Positions 27,394-38,017 of a stretch of DNA of 64,000 nt are shown here, piece after piece. Source of the stretch: Ignavibacteriota bacterium. Its GTDB lineage: Bacteria; Bacteroidota; Ignavibacteria; UBA10030; UBA6906. Where the stretch lies: the NCBI GenBank assembly GCA_963811705.1, contig CAWESL010000007.1:218100-282099 (forward strand), given 5' to 3'. A program made the translations under genes and the position numbers. How positions within the stretch are numbered: the first letter of the stretch is position 1; the number at the start of each line of letters is the position of its first letter. The notes under the pieces are model-generated. The model saw only the letters and a list, made by a program, of their open reading frames with translations. It was not told where the DNA came from and made no database searches.

Positions 27394-28431
27394 ATGAAAG
27401 CGATGGTTTTGCGTGCCATTGCGGATATTGAAAAAGAACATCAGCCACTTGCACTGGAGGATGTCCCCGCGCCAACTCCGGCCGGCGACGAAATCCTCGT
27501 CAAAGTTGCCGTCTGTGCAGTGTGCCACACCGAACTGGACGAAATTGAAGGGAGGATGCCGCCCACCCGATTGCCGATTATCCCCGGGCATCAGGCAGTG
27601 GGAAAGATCGTTGAGATGGGAAAGAGCGTGAGCGGGTTTTCGGAAGGAGACCGTGTGGGTGTCGCATGGATTTTCTCTGCATGCGGAACCTGCAGCTTTT
27701 GCCTGGAGGGGCGCGAGAACTTGTGCGAGAATTTCAGGGCGACGGGCCGGGATGCGAATGGCGGGTACGCCGAGTACATGGTGGTTCCGGGGTTGTTCGC
27801 CCACCGGATTCCCGATGCCTTTTCTGATGTCGAGGCGGCTCCCCTCCTCTGCGCGGGAGCGATAGGTTATCGCTCCCTCTCGCTGACAGGCCTCTCCGAC
27901 GGAGAAAACCTCGGCCTCACGGGGTTCGGTGCATCGGGACACCTCGTGATGAAGCTGGTCCGGAATCGGTATCCGAACAGCAACGTCTTCGTCTTTGCAC
28001 GCGGAGAAACTGAACAGGCGTTCGCACGCAGCCTCGGTGCCGCGTGGGCCGGCGACATCACGGATTCCTCCCCGGAGAAACTCCACAGCATCATCGACAC
28101 AACGCCCGCATGGAAAACGGTCGTTGCATCACTCAGGAACCTTCGGCCGGGGGGACGTCTGGTAATCAATGCGATCCGAAAAGAAGAAAAGGACAAGGAA
28201 GAACTCATCAGTCTCGACTACCCTGTCCATCTATGGATGGAAAAGGAAGTAAAGAGTGTCGCCAACGTAACTCGGAACGATGTGAGAGAATTTCTGCAGA
28301 TCGCTTCCGCGATTCGACTGAAACCTGAAATCGAGGAGTTTCCGCTGCCTGATGCAAACCGGGCACTCCTCGAGCTCAGGCAACGGAGAATCCGTGGAGC
28401 AAAGGTCCTGCGCATTGCAGACGGGCATTGA
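27394..28431 (+). CDS. zinc-dependent alcohol dehydrogenase family oxidoreductase
   Basis: The GHQAVGKIVEMG and CAVCHTELD zinc-ligand region and the GxGxxG-like GFGASGH NAD site. 345 aa. Confidence 0.8.
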   Translation: MKAMVLRAIADIEKEHQPLALEDVPAPTPAGDEILVKVAVCAVCHTELDEIEGRMPPTRLPIIPGHQAVGKIVEMGKSVSGFSEGDRVGVAWIFSACGTCSFCLEGRENLCENFRATGRDANGGYAEYMVVPGLFAHRIPDAFSDVEAAPLLCAGAIGYRSLSLTGLSDGENLGLTGFGASGHLVMKLVRNRYPNSNVFVFARGETEQAFARSLGAAWAGDITDSSPEKLHSIIDTTPAWKTVVASLRNLRPGGRLVINAIRKEEKDKEELISLDYPVHLWMEKEVKSVANVTRNDVREFLQIASAIRLKPEIEEFPLPDANRALLELRQRRIRGAKVLRIADGH

Positions 28432-28875
28432 TGCGGCACAAACACCTGTAACGAATCCCGGTCGGACCGGGCTGTTATGGACCCCCAGTTGTAGAATATC
28501 GCGCACTCTCGTTCACGCGTCGATGCCTCTCCGGCCCTCCTGCCTTCTCCCCTTCGATCACCACCGTGAAGAATCGCCCGTTTTTCACGGGGGTCCCAAC
28601 GCCTCTCGGCTGGGCAGTTCCTGGATTGACACCAATCGCTGGTGCCCGGCTATCTGGCACCCGTCTTGCAACTACGGTCTTGCTACGGATTCCTCTGGCG
28701 AGTCGCCGAACCGTGAGGCCGAAAATACGGTCTCACGCCGGGTACGTGCTGATGCAGGTCTTCTTCCTTCGGACTCTCTGTCCCGCAACGTTGCCGGGTA
28801 CACCATTCGCGAATAGGTTCCATGCACTGGAATTCGATGCGCAACGAATCATCCACGAGTCGGAAAGTCCATACC

Positions 28876-30237
28876 ATGAATGAACGGCACGGTTTTGTCG
28901 GCGCTTCGGTGCGCCTCCCCTTGCTTTGCGCTTTCGTTCTCATTGCGGTCCTCCCCTTGTCGCTGCATGCGCAAGGCGGTTGGGCGCTTGGGTTCAACGG
29001 TTCCAGTGATCTCGTGACGATCACGGACAATTCGATCGATCTCTCCGGGGATTTTACTGTCGAGTTCTGGGTGAAGTTCAATGACGTCTCCAGCGGTCAA
29101 ATGATTATGTCAAAAAACCGAGGGGGGCAGTCTCACTCCTATGAATGGGAACTCGGCGTCAGTATGGACGGGGACGGGCTTATACGGTTCGAGGTCGGCT
29201 CTTCAACTCCCTGGGCGTTCCAGCAGCTGGCGAGCACGACGGTGTTGACCGCAGGAACCTGGTATCATGTCGCTGCCACGTTCGAGGGGACCGCGATGTC
29301 GTTGTACATCAACGGGACCTTGGATAACGGCTTGTCCAATGGTCTCACCCGCTGGACCGACAATGTCAACCCTCCCCTGGTTCTTGGGGCTCCGACGCTT
29401 GGTTCAAGCGACGGGTATTTCAATGGCGTTCTTGATGAGGTACGGATATGGAATGTTGCCCGATCGGCGTCCGATATTCAGTCCACGATGAATGCGGAGT
29501 TGACAGGGAATGAGACAGGCCTCATGGCATATTACAGCATGAATGCCGGAAGCGGCTCTGCTCTTTCGGACGATCAGTCGAATGGAACGGGAAATTCCGG
29601 GATCATCAGCGGGGCGACCTGGCTTTCATCGACGGCACCGCTTCCCATTCAGCTCGCAACCTTTGCGGCAACGGCATCCCCCGCAGAGAGGAGCGTCAGC
29701 CTTGCCTGGACGACAAAAAGTGAGGTGGACAATTACGGGTTCGAAGTGCAGCGCTCAACCGACGCGAAGAGCGGATTCACAAGCGTCTCTCCTTTGATCC
29801 CCGGGCATGGAACGAGTGCGAGCGGATTCAGCTATTCATACTCCGATGACAACGTGCCTGCAGGGCTTCATTTTTACCGGTTGAAACAGATCGACCTGGA
29901 CGGATCCGCCCATTTTACCGAACCGGTGATTGTGCAATCGTTGACCGGCGTCGACGCGAGCAACCCGGTACCGACCGTGTTTTCTTTGAACCAAAATTAT
30001 CCAAATCCTTTTAACCCAACGACGACGATATCGTACGGGCTTCCGAAGGCAACAACGATGACCCTCTCGGTCTACAACGCCATCGGACAACACGTGGCAA
30101 CGCTCGTCGAGGGGCAACAGTCCGCGGGATACCATCAGGCAACATTTGACGGCTCACAGCTTTCTTCGGGGGTCTATCTGTATCGTCTCGAGGCGGGAAC
30201 GTTCGTCGCAACACGAACGCTCGTCATGGTGAAATGA
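28876..30237 (+). CDS. LamG/concanavalin-A-like lectin domain protein with T9SS C-terminal sorting domain
   Basis: Signal peptide, then a LamG-type domain (LSGDFTVEFWVKFNDV...WYHVAATFEGTAMSLYINGT). CTD FSLNQNYPNPFNPTTTISY...VYLYRLEAGTFVATRTLVMVK. Confidence 0.7.
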   Translation: MNERHGFVGASVRLPLLCAFVLIAVLPLSLHAQGGWALGFNGSSDLVTITDNSIDLSGDFTVEFWVKFNDVSSGQMIMSKNRGGQSHSYEWELGVSMDGDGLIRFEVGSSTPWAFQQLASTTVLTAGTWYHVAATFEGTAMSLYINGTLDNGLSNGLTRWTDNVNPPLVLGAPTLGSSDGYFNGVLDEVRIWNVARSASDIQSTMNAELTGNETGLMAYYSMNAGSGSALSDDQSNGTGNSGIISGATWLSSTAPLPIQLATFAATASPAERSVSLAWTTKSEVDNYGFEVQRSTDAKSGFTSVSPLIPGHGTSASGFSYSYSDDNVPAGLHFYRLKQIDLDGSAHFTEPVIVQSLTGVDASNPVPTVFSLNQNYPNPFNPTTTISYGLPKATTMTLSVYNAIGQHVATLVEGQQSAGYHQATFDGSQLSSGVYLYRLEAGTFVATRTLVMVK

Positions 30238-30313
30238 ATCTTGTCAATCAGCAGCCGACAGACGACAACGCGTCGTCTGTCGACTGCGTTGTCCTTTGTT
30301 CCCTGTCCCCTGA

Positions 30314-31666
30314 CTATTCCCCGCCCCGGAGCGACTCCGCTGCGAGAACGAGCTCCACATAGCTCACCCCCAGGTTCACGACGTACTCATTCTCTCCCCA
30401 GAGGAACGGCCAGTCCTCCTTGTTTTCGGGGAAGTCCGGCTTGACGATCAGTACCCCCGGGACGACCCCGCCCGGAATGGAGGTAAAATCCGCACGGTTG
30501 TTTCCGTACACGACGCGTTTGGAGCGCGATCCCACACCGGAGACGAAGGAGATGTCGGAACCGGGGTGGCAACCAAAGAGATAGTCCAGTCCGCGGAAGA
30601 CAGACTCTCTGTCAATAATGTCCGGGAAGGCCCTGGGCAACGAAAAGTTGTTCAGGGAGAAATCGAACAGCGAATAGTCGTAGCGGAGATACCTCCCCCA
30701 CCGATGCAGCGTTGCATGATAGACATCGACGAGCCGGCCATCCTCTTCGACTTGCAGGAGTCTCGCAGCTTCTTGGGTCCGATCGTTCGGGTCGAGCTCA
30801 ATGACTGCGACCTTTTCGGCTTCGGGCAAATATCCGACCTGCGAATGGGCTATGACCGGCAGTCTGGTCCAACCGGGCACCGTCCCTGCCTCCAGGTACC
30901 ACTCGACGACGGTACCGGTTTTGTTGGAGGGCAGAAGGGTCCGGACTACGTACCACCCGTTCTGGGCAATGTCGCGGCCGTCATAAAGAAGGAGATCGCC
31001 CTTCAACGATTGAATGTGAATTCTTCGTTCAGGTTCCTCGGGCGCAAGGACGAGGTTCTTCCCCTTCCCCAATGGTGCGGGTTCGATGTCCTGTCCAGGC
31101 GTTGTGACCATCGGTCCTCCCGCGGAAAGCGGAAACACTCCGCCCCTCCCGTCGATGAGATACCCCTTTCCCCAGTACGCCGGGGGGAGGAACTCCAAAT
31201 TGAATCCCGCACGTCCTGCCAAATCATGGGGAAGAGGACGTTCAAGGGCGACCCGGACGAGTATCCCCCGCCCCTGCGCTTCGGCGTGCACGGTGTACGA
31301 AAAGTCGTGACCGGGGTACTCGAGTTCGACATCAACCCGTTGGGAATCCCGGACGACAGTCCGTCGGACCAGCCGGGGGATCGGGTCCCACTGCGCCGGG
31401 GTCGGACTCAGGCGCACATCGCCGTTGGTCGCGGTTCGGACTCCATGATGGATGATCTCCACTCCGCTCATCTTGGCGTCGCTGAAGTTGCCGTCGTACC
31501 AGTTGTTGAAGACGAGGACGTCACAACCGCGTTCTTCAAAGTAGCCGGCGCTGTTCAGGGAGAACCCGGACTTTGCCTGCCGGGCTTCGACCGAAACGCC
31601 GTACACAAGAACAACGATCAGCGACACGATGGATGACCACCGGGATAGTCGGCGCTTATGCTGCAT
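30314..31666 (-). CDS. secreted hypothetical protein (possible Ig-like domain, carbohydrate-active context)
   Basis: 450-aa ORF with signal peptide. No confident family call. Its 5' end overlaps the 3' end of the next gene by 11 nt. Confidence 0.35.
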   Translation of the reverse strand: MQHKRRLSRWSSIVSLIVVLVYGVSVEARQAKSGFSLNSAGYFEERGCDVLVFNNWYDGNFSDAKMSGVEIIHHGVRTATNGDVRLSPTPAQWDPIPRLVRRTVVRDSQRVDVELEYPGHDFSYTVHAEAQGRGILVRVALERPLPHDLAGRAGFNLEFLPPAYWGKGYLIDGRGGVFPLSAGGPMVTTPGQDIEPAPLGKGKNLVLAPEEPERRIHIQSLKGDLLLYDGRDIAQNGWYVVRTLLPSNKTGTVVEWYLEAGTVPGWTRLPVIAHSQVGYLPEAEKVAVIELDPNDRTQEAARLLQVEEDGRLVDVYHATLHRWGRYLRYDYSLFDFSLNNFSLPRAFPDIIDRESVFRGLDYLFGCHPGSDISFVSGVGSRSKRVVYGNNRADFTSIPGGVVPGVLIVKPDFPENKEDWPFLWGENEYVVNLGVSYVELVLAAESLRGGE

Positions 31667-32699
31667 GGACGGGAAACTCCTTCACTGTTTGAAGAAATGC
31701 CCGGATATTCTCGGAGCTGACTCCGGGCGGCATGCCGCCGCCGCAGGAAAGAATGACGCGTGACCGATCGTCCAACGATGTCAGGAGTCGCATGGTTGCT
31801 TCCACAACCTGAGCGGGATTCCCGGCGGCGAGCACATCGCGGGGAGGGATGTTCCCCAAGAGCGTCACCGTGTTTCCCGTGAGACGCTTGATCTCGTTGA
31901 GGGTCACATCGAACCCCATGTTGAACAGGTTGACGCCGATCTCCGGGAGGAACGGCGCAGAGACTTTGCACGGGGCGTCATTATGAAGAAATCGCACCGA
32001 GACGTCCGTCCCAAACAGTTCCTTGAAGTACGGCAGGCCGAATGTCCGAAATTGTGCTGCACCGATAAACCCGATGATGTCGTCAAGGAGGAAGATCCCG
32101 TCAATGGTCGGAAACGCTTCCCGCTGGACCTCGATCCACTCTTTCAGGTACGTCGTGATCTTTGTCAGGAGAAGCTCGGTCTTCTCCGGCTCGAGCATCA
32201 TGGCTGTCAGGAACTCCGTCGTTCCCATAAGGTAGCTCGCGATATTCAGGGGCCCGCGGGCAACCGCGAAACGGATCCGGTGCCCTGCAGCCTCGATGTG
32301 CGGCCGGGCAAGTTTGAGCCGGTTGATCACGAATGGCAACAGTCCGTCTTTCCTGGGGTTCGGCGTTGGAAGCGAGGCGATGTCGTCCACGGAATCGATG
32401 ATCTTGTGGGCATAAGGAAATTCGTCGGGGGGAAACGTGCACCGGACGCCGAAGGCCGAGGGCTCCGTACACATGCCGAATTCCGACCAGAACCCGGGAA
32501 GGAACATCGCGTCCGGAAATTCCCGGATCGTCCTAAGGTTCGCTTCCAACCAAATCGCGTCGTTTGAAAAATAGTCGAGGATCTTCGCCCCGTGCCAATT
32601 CGGGAGCCAGGGAGAATCGATGATAAAGCCGGAGGGAAGTGTATCGGCAGGTTCGCCGCGGATGGTCGAGAGGAGAACATTCCATTGTGCATCGGTCAT
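31656..32699 (-). CDS. uroporphyrinogen decarboxylase (URO-D) family protein, MtaA/CmuA-like methyltransferase type
   Basis: 347-aa URO-D fold, collinear with MtaA-type corrinoid methyltransferases and HemE. Confidence 0.65.
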   Translation of the reverse strand: MTDAQWNVLLSTIRGEPADTLPSGFIIDSPWLPNWHGAKILDYFSNDAIWLEANLRTIREFPDAMFLPGFWSEFGMCTEPSAFGVRCTFPPDEFPYAHKIIDSVDDIASLPTPNPRKDGLLPFVINRLKLARPHIEAAGHRIRFAVARGPLNIASYLMGTTEFLTAMMLEPEKTELLLTKITTYLKEWIEVQREAFPTIDGIFLLDDIIGFIGAAQFRTFGLPYFKELFGTDVSVRFLHNDAPCKVSAPFLPEIGVNLFNMGFDVTLNEIKRLTGNTVTLLGNIPPRDVLAAGNPAQVVEATMRLLTSLDDRSRVILSCGGGMPPGVSSENIRAFLQTVKEFPVHAA

Positions 32700-32744
32700 G
32701 GGCTGGGTCTTTCGGATGGTGTACAGTCGTCGATGCCGGAGAAA

Positions 32745-33605
32745 TCAGTGATCCCCGGTGTGTCGGGTGGAGGCATTCCTGGCGACGGGGCGCTTCCTGA
32801 CGGAACGATACGTACAGTCCTTCATCCCGCATGCATCACAATGATATCGTGCCCAGGATACGGCAGGACCGATCCCGATCACCCCGCTGATGGATTTCAA
32901 CGGAACCATCAAGGCGGATTCCAGAAGCGTGATGCCGCAGAAGTCTTCCGGGAAGAGGCCAAACACAAGGTGTTGATCTCCCACCGACCAATCGCAGTAC
33001 CCCGGGCTGTAGCGGTTCGTGATCTTCATTCCCCGGTGGCCCATTGATCGGCCGACATGGTCATGCAGCATGTTCGCCGCATTCTCGACGGCGAGGGACG
33101 CCACGGTGTCAATCAGGAACGCTCCCACAAGATCGCCGTGCTTCTTTGTCTCTTCCGCCCAGCTTTCCATTCCCGGACCGATCGTGCAGACAAAGAACGC
33201 CAGTTTTTCCGCCTTCCGCAAAAGGCGGGTCACAATCTTCTGCATCCGGAAGAACGATCCCCCGGCAGAGAGTCCGTCGGACCGAAGAGGGTCATACCGG
33301 ACATCGAGAATCCGGAAGCCGGCCCTGATCATGCAATGCTGTGGAACGTCGGCGAGAATCCTTTCGATCTCGGGTCGAAGGTGTGCGGGGACCGCACGTG
33401 CGGGATACCCGAGCGTCCGTTCGACCTCCTCGGCGTCAATGCGTAGATGCGACGCCGGAATGTCGACTTCAAAAACATCGCGCGGGAAACCCCGTTCAAC
33501 AAGAAGCGAGCGCGCGCTTTCGCCCCGGGGGTTTTCAGAGAAGTCGATCATGGGAAACCACGGATTGATCCGGCACAACGGCCGTATGAAATACTCCCCC
33601 GTCAA
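32745..33605 (-). CDS. vitamin-B12-dependent methionine synthase activation-domain-like protein
   Basis: 286 aa resembling the Met_synt_B12 (AdoMet-binding reactivation) domain. Adjacent and co-directional to the URO-D-like gene. Confidence 0.5.
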   Translation of the reverse strand: MTGEYFIRPLCRINPWFPMIDFSENPRGESARSLLVERGFPRDVFEVDIPASHLRIDAEEVERTLGYPARAVPAHLRPEIERILADVPQHCMIRAGFRILDVRYDPLRSDGLSAGGSFFRMQKIVTRLLRKAEKLAFFVCTIGPGMESWAEETKKHGDLVGAFLIDTVASLAVENAANMLHDHVGRSMGHRGMKITNRYSPGYCDWSVGDQHLVFGLFPEDFCGITLLESALMVPLKSISGVIGIGPAVSWARYHCDACGMKDCTYRSVRKRPVARNASTRHTGDH

Positions 33606-34363
33606 AACCCGATGGAATTCCCGCCGTCGACAGGGAGGACAATTCCCGTGATAAATTTCGCCTGGGATGAGGCAAGGAACAACGCAGCACTGGCGACATC
33701 GCCGGGTTCGCCCAGGGTGCCCATCGGCGTGCGCGAGAGCACCCTCTTTTTCCGTTCAGGATCATCATCCAGGGCACGGGACGACATTGCCGTCGCGATA
33801 AATCCGGGTGCGATGCAATTGACGCGCACTCCGTGCGCGGACCACTCAACGGCGAGCGCCCGGGTCATCCCTTCCACCGCGGACTTCGTGGCCGTATATC
33901 CGACAACGTTCGGAATGCCGTAGTGTGAGGCCATCGAACTGATCATGATGATGTTTCCGGACTTTCGGGCGACCATTCCTTTCGCGACTTCCCGGGTCAA
34001 AGCGAACACCGCAGTCTGGTTTGTCAGAACGACGTCCTGAAAATCCTGATCCGACACCGACAGCGCCTCGCGCTTCAGGTTGATTCCGGCGTTGTTCACC
34101 AGCACATCGGGATCGCCAACCTGCTGGTGGATCTGTTGAACCAGATCACGCAACGCTCCGATTTCATTCAAATCGAAATTCAGTGGATGGACAGTAGTGC
34201 CGAGATCCCTCGCGGCCCGGTCGAGCTTCGCTTTGTCCCGGCCGACGATCACGACGTTTGCCCGCTCACGCGCAAATGCCTCAGCGATGGCGAAGCCAAT
34301 GCCGCTCGACCCTCCTGTCACGATGACGTTCTTCCCTGTGAGGTCGGAGTACATGTTGGTCAT
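33602..34363 (-). CDS. SDR family oxidoreductase
   Basis: TGGSSGIG and YxxxK SDR motifs. 253 aa. Confidence 0.8.
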   Translation of the reverse strand: MTNMYSDLTGKNVIVTGGSSGIGFAIAEAFARERANVVIVGRDKAKLDRAARDLGTTVHPLNFDLNEIGALRDLVQQIHQQVGDPDVLVNNAGINLKREALSVSDQDFQDVVLTNQTAVFALTREVAKGMVARKSGNIIMISSMASHYGIPNVVGYTATKSAVEGMTRALAVEWSAHGVRVNCIAPGFIATAMSSRALDDDPERKKRVLSRTPMGTLGEPGDVASAALFLASSQAKFITGIVLPVDGGNSIGF

Positions 34364-34777
34364 TTCGGATTCACCGTCAAACGCAATCTGGTCATAGAAG
34401 ATCGGAAGTTGTCTCCATACTTACAGCGATTTCAGGCTCCGCTGAAACCATTGCTCGCCCATCATTTCTTGTTTCATGACCGGAACGGTTACCAATCCGG
34501 TCTTTGCATTAACAAAGGTAGACGTCGATGGCAAAGAAATGTCAAGAAGAACTTCGATCATGGTATGCACCGCTCCACTCAGTCGAAATCTCCCTTGACT
34601 TTTGAGGAAAAATTGAACTGATTTGAATGTCATTGAATCGCTTTAATAAATATAGGCCGAGTCGCAGGACATAAGCAAGAGCGTTCCGGATTCCTTCTAT
34701 TCGCTGAACATTCGACTTTTTCTCTGCGATGAACCCTCCAACTTCGACGATCAGCCTCCACCATTCGCCTATCAATC

Positions 34778-36277
34778 ATGCTCAGCATTGGATTTGACCT
34801 TGGAAGTTCCTCCATCAAGTGTTCCATCTGGGATGTTGCCAACGGTGTTGTTGTCGCTTCAGGCCAGCATCCCGCGACGGAAATGGAGATGCGGGCACCG
34901 AAGCCCGGCTGGGCGGAACAAGACCCCGACGTATGGTGGGACTATGTTGTCCTTCTGACCCGGAAGCTCCTGCGGGAATCCAACGCCGCCGCGGACCAGA
35001 TCCGAGCGATTGGTATCGCCTATCAGATGCACGGCCTGGTGATCGTCGACGCATCGGGGAAAGTTCTCCGGCCGTCCATCATCTGGTGTGACAGCCGGGC
35101 GGTGGAAACCGGTGAGGCGGCTGCACGCGCACTCGGCGCAGAATATTGCAGGACTCACCTGCTGAATGCTCCCGGGAATTTTACCGCTTCAAAATTGCGA
35201 TGGGTGAAGGACCACGAGCCGGAAACGTACAGGAAAATTCACAAGATCATGTTACCGGGTGACTATATCGCAATGAAAATGACCGGCGATGTCACCACGA
35301 CAGTCAGTGGCCTGACAGAGGGGATCTTTTGGGACTTTGCTCGCGGAGAGATCAGCAAGGAGCTGCTGGAATATTACGGTATCAATTCCGGACTGCTTGC
35401 CGAGGTGAAACCGACGTTTGGCACCCAGGGTGTTCTTTCTCGTGCCGCGGCGACGGAACTGGGCCTGGGAGCAGGGATCCCGGTTGCGTATCGTGCGGGC
35501 GACCAGCCCAATAACGCTTTGTCTCTGAACGTTCTCGAACCCGGGGAAGTGGCAGCCACAGCCGGCACCTCGGGCGTCGTGTTCGCCGTTACGGAGTCCG
35601 TGGTCACCGACCCCGAATCCCGCGTCAACGTTTTTGCCCACGTGAACCACTGCAAGGATCGGACCCGGCTGGGGATGCTCCTGTGCATCAACGGGACCGG
35701 CATCCTGAACTCGTGGCTCAGGAAGAACGTCGCTGCAGACCTTACGTATGACGCGATGAACGCCCTCGCCGCGACCTCCCCTGTAGGGGCAGGCGGCCTC
35801 AAATGTCTGCCTTTCGGAAACGGGGCTGAGCGCATGCTCGGGAATGCGTCGATTGGTTGTCATTTTGCCGACGTCGACTTCCAGCGCCACACTCGCGCCG
35901 ACGTCCTGCGTGCTTCGCAGGAAGGCCTCGCGTTCTCGTTCCGGTACGGCACCGATATCATTCGATCGCTTGGAATTCCGATTTCCGTTGTCCGCGCAGG
36001 AACGGCGAATCTGTTCCTGAGCCCGCTGTTCAGCCAAACCGTGGCGACGGTTCTCGGTGCGTCTGTTGAACTTTTTAAGACGGACGGCGCTCAGGGAGCA
36101 GCGCGCGGCGCGGCAATCGGCGCCGGCCTCTACCCATCGACGTCCGATGCGTTTACATCACTCACCCGTACTGCGACCATTGACCCCGTACCGCAGGCGG
36201 CGGAGCGGACCGCCGAGGCGTACGCCGAATGGTTGCGTCATCTCGAGCTCCTGCTTGAACGCAGGGGCGCAGTCTGA
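34778..36277 (+). CDS. xylB: xylulokinase (FGGY carbohydrate kinase)
   Basis: N-terminal FGGY signature IGFDLGSSSIKCSIWD, 499 aa, immediately upstream of xylA. Confidence 0.8.
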   Translation: MLSIGFDLGSSSIKCSIWDVANGVVVASGQHPATEMEMRAPKPGWAEQDPDVWWDYVVLLTRKLLRESNAAADQIRAIGIAYQMHGLVIVDASGKVLRPSIIWCDSRAVETGEAAARALGAEYCRTHLLNAPGNFTASKLRWVKDHEPETYRKIHKIMLPGDYIAMKMTGDVTTTVSGLTEGIFWDFARGEISKELLEYYGINSGLLAEVKPTFGTQGVLSRAAATELGLGAGIPVAYRAGDQPNNALSLNVLEPGEVAATAGTSGVVFAVTESVVTDPESRVNVFAHVNHCKDRTRLGMLLCINGTGILNSWLRKNVAADLTYDAMNALAATSPVGAGGLKCLPFGNGAERMLGNASIGCHFADVDFQRHTRADVLRASQEGLAFSFRYGTDIIRSLGIPISVVRAGTANLFLSPLFSQTVATVLGASVELFKTDGAQGAARGAAIGAGLYPSTSDAFTSLTRTATIDPVPQAAERTAEAYAEWLRHLELLLERRGAV

Positions 36278-36304
36278 TCACTAGAGCATTGCAAGGAGCA
36301 CTCT

Positions 36305-37636
36305 ATGACCGTGCGTACGTCTGGAACGAAGGAATACTTTCCTGGCATCGGAAAAATCCCATTTGAGGGGAACGATTCAAAGAACCCGCTGGCCTACCGC
36401 TGGTACGACGGAAATCGGATGATCGGCGGCAAGACCATGAAAGACTACTTCCGCTTTGCGGTGGCGTACTGGCATAGCTTTGGCGCCACAGGGAAGGATC
36501 CTTTCGGCGATGAAACGCGGGACCTGCCATGGAACCATGCCGCGGACGCGGAGTCGAAAGCGAAAGCCAAGATGGACGGCGCGTTCGAGTTCATCACGAA
36601 GCTCGGCCTCCCCTTCTATTGCTTTCATGATTTCGATGTGGTCGAGGAGGGCGAGTCTATTCCCGAGTCCGACAAACGCCTTCAGATGATGGTCGATCAT
36701 GCCAAACAACTGCAGCAGAGCACCGGCGTGCGGTTGCTCTGGGGGACGGCGAACCTTTTTTCGCATAAGCGGTACATGAACGGCGCAGCGACAAATCCCG
36801 ATTTTGCAGTGCTGACCTATGCCGGGACCCAGGTGAAGCGCGCGCTCGACACGACCATTGCCCTTGGCGGGACCAACTACGTCTTCTGGGGCGGAAGAGA
36901 GGGTTACAACACCCTCCTAAACACGAACATGAAGAGAGAGAAGGACCACATGGCCCGGTTTCTCTCAATGGCGAGGGACTATGCCCGGCAGCATGGGTTC
37001 AAGGGGACGTTTCTGATTGAGCCGAAACCGATGGAGCCGACGAAACACCAATACGACTACGACGCCGAAACGGCAATCGGATTCCTCCGCCACTACGGAC
37101 TCGACAAGGATTTCAAGCTCAATATCGAAGTGAACCACGCAACGCTGGCAGGCCACACGTTCCAGCACGAAATTCAATGTGCGATCGACGCGGGGCTGTT
37201 CGGCAGCATTGATGCCAACCGGGGCGACCCGCAAAATGGATGGGACACCGATCAATTCAGCGTCAACCTGTACGAAATGGTCGAGGCGCTGCTGGTAGTT
37301 CACGAGGCGGGGGGGTTCGGCAACGGCGGCGTCAACTTCGATGCAAAGATCCGGAGACCCTCGACCGATCCGGAAGACCTGTTTATCGCACATATCACTG
37401 CAGTCGATCTCTTCGCACGCGCTTTGCTCGTGGCAGACGCCATCCTCCGGGACTCGGCGTATCTCAAGTTCCGAAAGGAACGCTATTCTTCCTTTGATGC
37501 GGGGGAAGGGAAGCGTTTCGAGCGCGGCGAACTGACGCTGGATGACTTGCGGAAGATTGCTCTCGCCCAGGGAGAACCCCGTCAGATCAGCGGCAAGCAG
37601 GAACTCTACGAGCAGATCCTTACGATGTTTACCTGA
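36305..37636 (+). CDS. xylA: xylose isomerase
   Basis: 443 aa with clear XylA conservation ([16 protein letters not shown]...WGGREGY...FLIEPKP). Confidence 0.9.
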   Translation: MTVRTSGTKEYFPGIGKIPFEGNDSKNPLAYRWYDGNRMIGGKTMKDYFRFAVAYWHSFGATGKDPFGDETRDLPWNHAADAESKAKAKMDGAFEFITKLGLPFYCFHDFDVVEEGESIPESDKRLQMMVDHAKQLQQSTGVRLLWGTANLFSHKRYMNGAATNPDFAVLTYAGTQVKRALDTTIALGGTNYVFWGGREGYNTLLNTNMKREKDHMARFLSMARDYARQHGFKGTFLIEPKPMEPTKHQYDYDAETAIGFLRHYGLDKDFKLNIEVNHATLAGHTFQHEIQCAIDAGLFGSIDANRGDPQNGWDTDQFSVNLYEMVEALLVVHEAGGFGNGGVNFDAKIRRPSTDPEDLFIAHITAVDLFARALLVADAILRDSAYLKFRKERYSSFDAGEGKRFERGELTLDDLRKIALAQGEPRQISGKQELYEQILTMFT

Positions 37637-37657
37637 CAGAACGCAATCGGCAAAAGC

Positions 37658-37694
37658 GCAAAGGCCTGGAGGACATCCGGGCCTTTGTTGTTTC
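37658..37694 (+). terminator. rho-independent terminator after xylA
   Basis: Hairpin caaaggcctgg-aggacat-ccgggcctttg followed by ttgtttcc. Confidence 0.5.
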
Positions 37695-37794
37695 CTCCCC
37701 ACCTGGCGGACCAGAAGCATCCCCTCGTCGCCCTTCATTCCGCCATCGGGTGTTCATCGAATCAGGACCATCGACCGTGTTGCCGTGAATCCAT

Positions 37795-37965
37795 TGACAT
37801 TTAAGCGGTACATGTAGACACCGCTGGACAATCCTGCACCATCAAATGTGAAATCGACCGTACCCGCTGGATATCTTCCATCAGCCAGAACCGCCACCTA
37901 TCGTCCGAGCACATCGTACACCACCAACCTCACCCGACTGTTCCCTGTCCACTGTACCACGCTCT
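37795..37965 (-). repeat. decayed T9SS CTD-coding remnant (contains in-frame stop) directly adjacent to the intact CTD of the GH10 gene
   Basis: The reverse-complement encodes a VRLVVYDVLGR*VAVLADGRYPAG...GVYMYRLN-like sequence. It is roughly 70% identical in nucleotides to the neighbouring intact CTD (38060-38225). Confidence 0.5.
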
Positions 37966-38017
37966 CCCCACCGCGCGATAGGGAGATGGGGAGAACGGGA
38001 GACGTGGAGATTAATCG

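Noticed and set aside
30314-31666. Possible GH9 cellulase (the C-terminal end loosely resembles GH9 termini and a CelD_N-like Ig segment)
   Set aside because: Too short for an Ig domain plus GH9 catalytic domain, and no GH9 catalytic motifs were recognised. Left as a hypothetical secreted protein.
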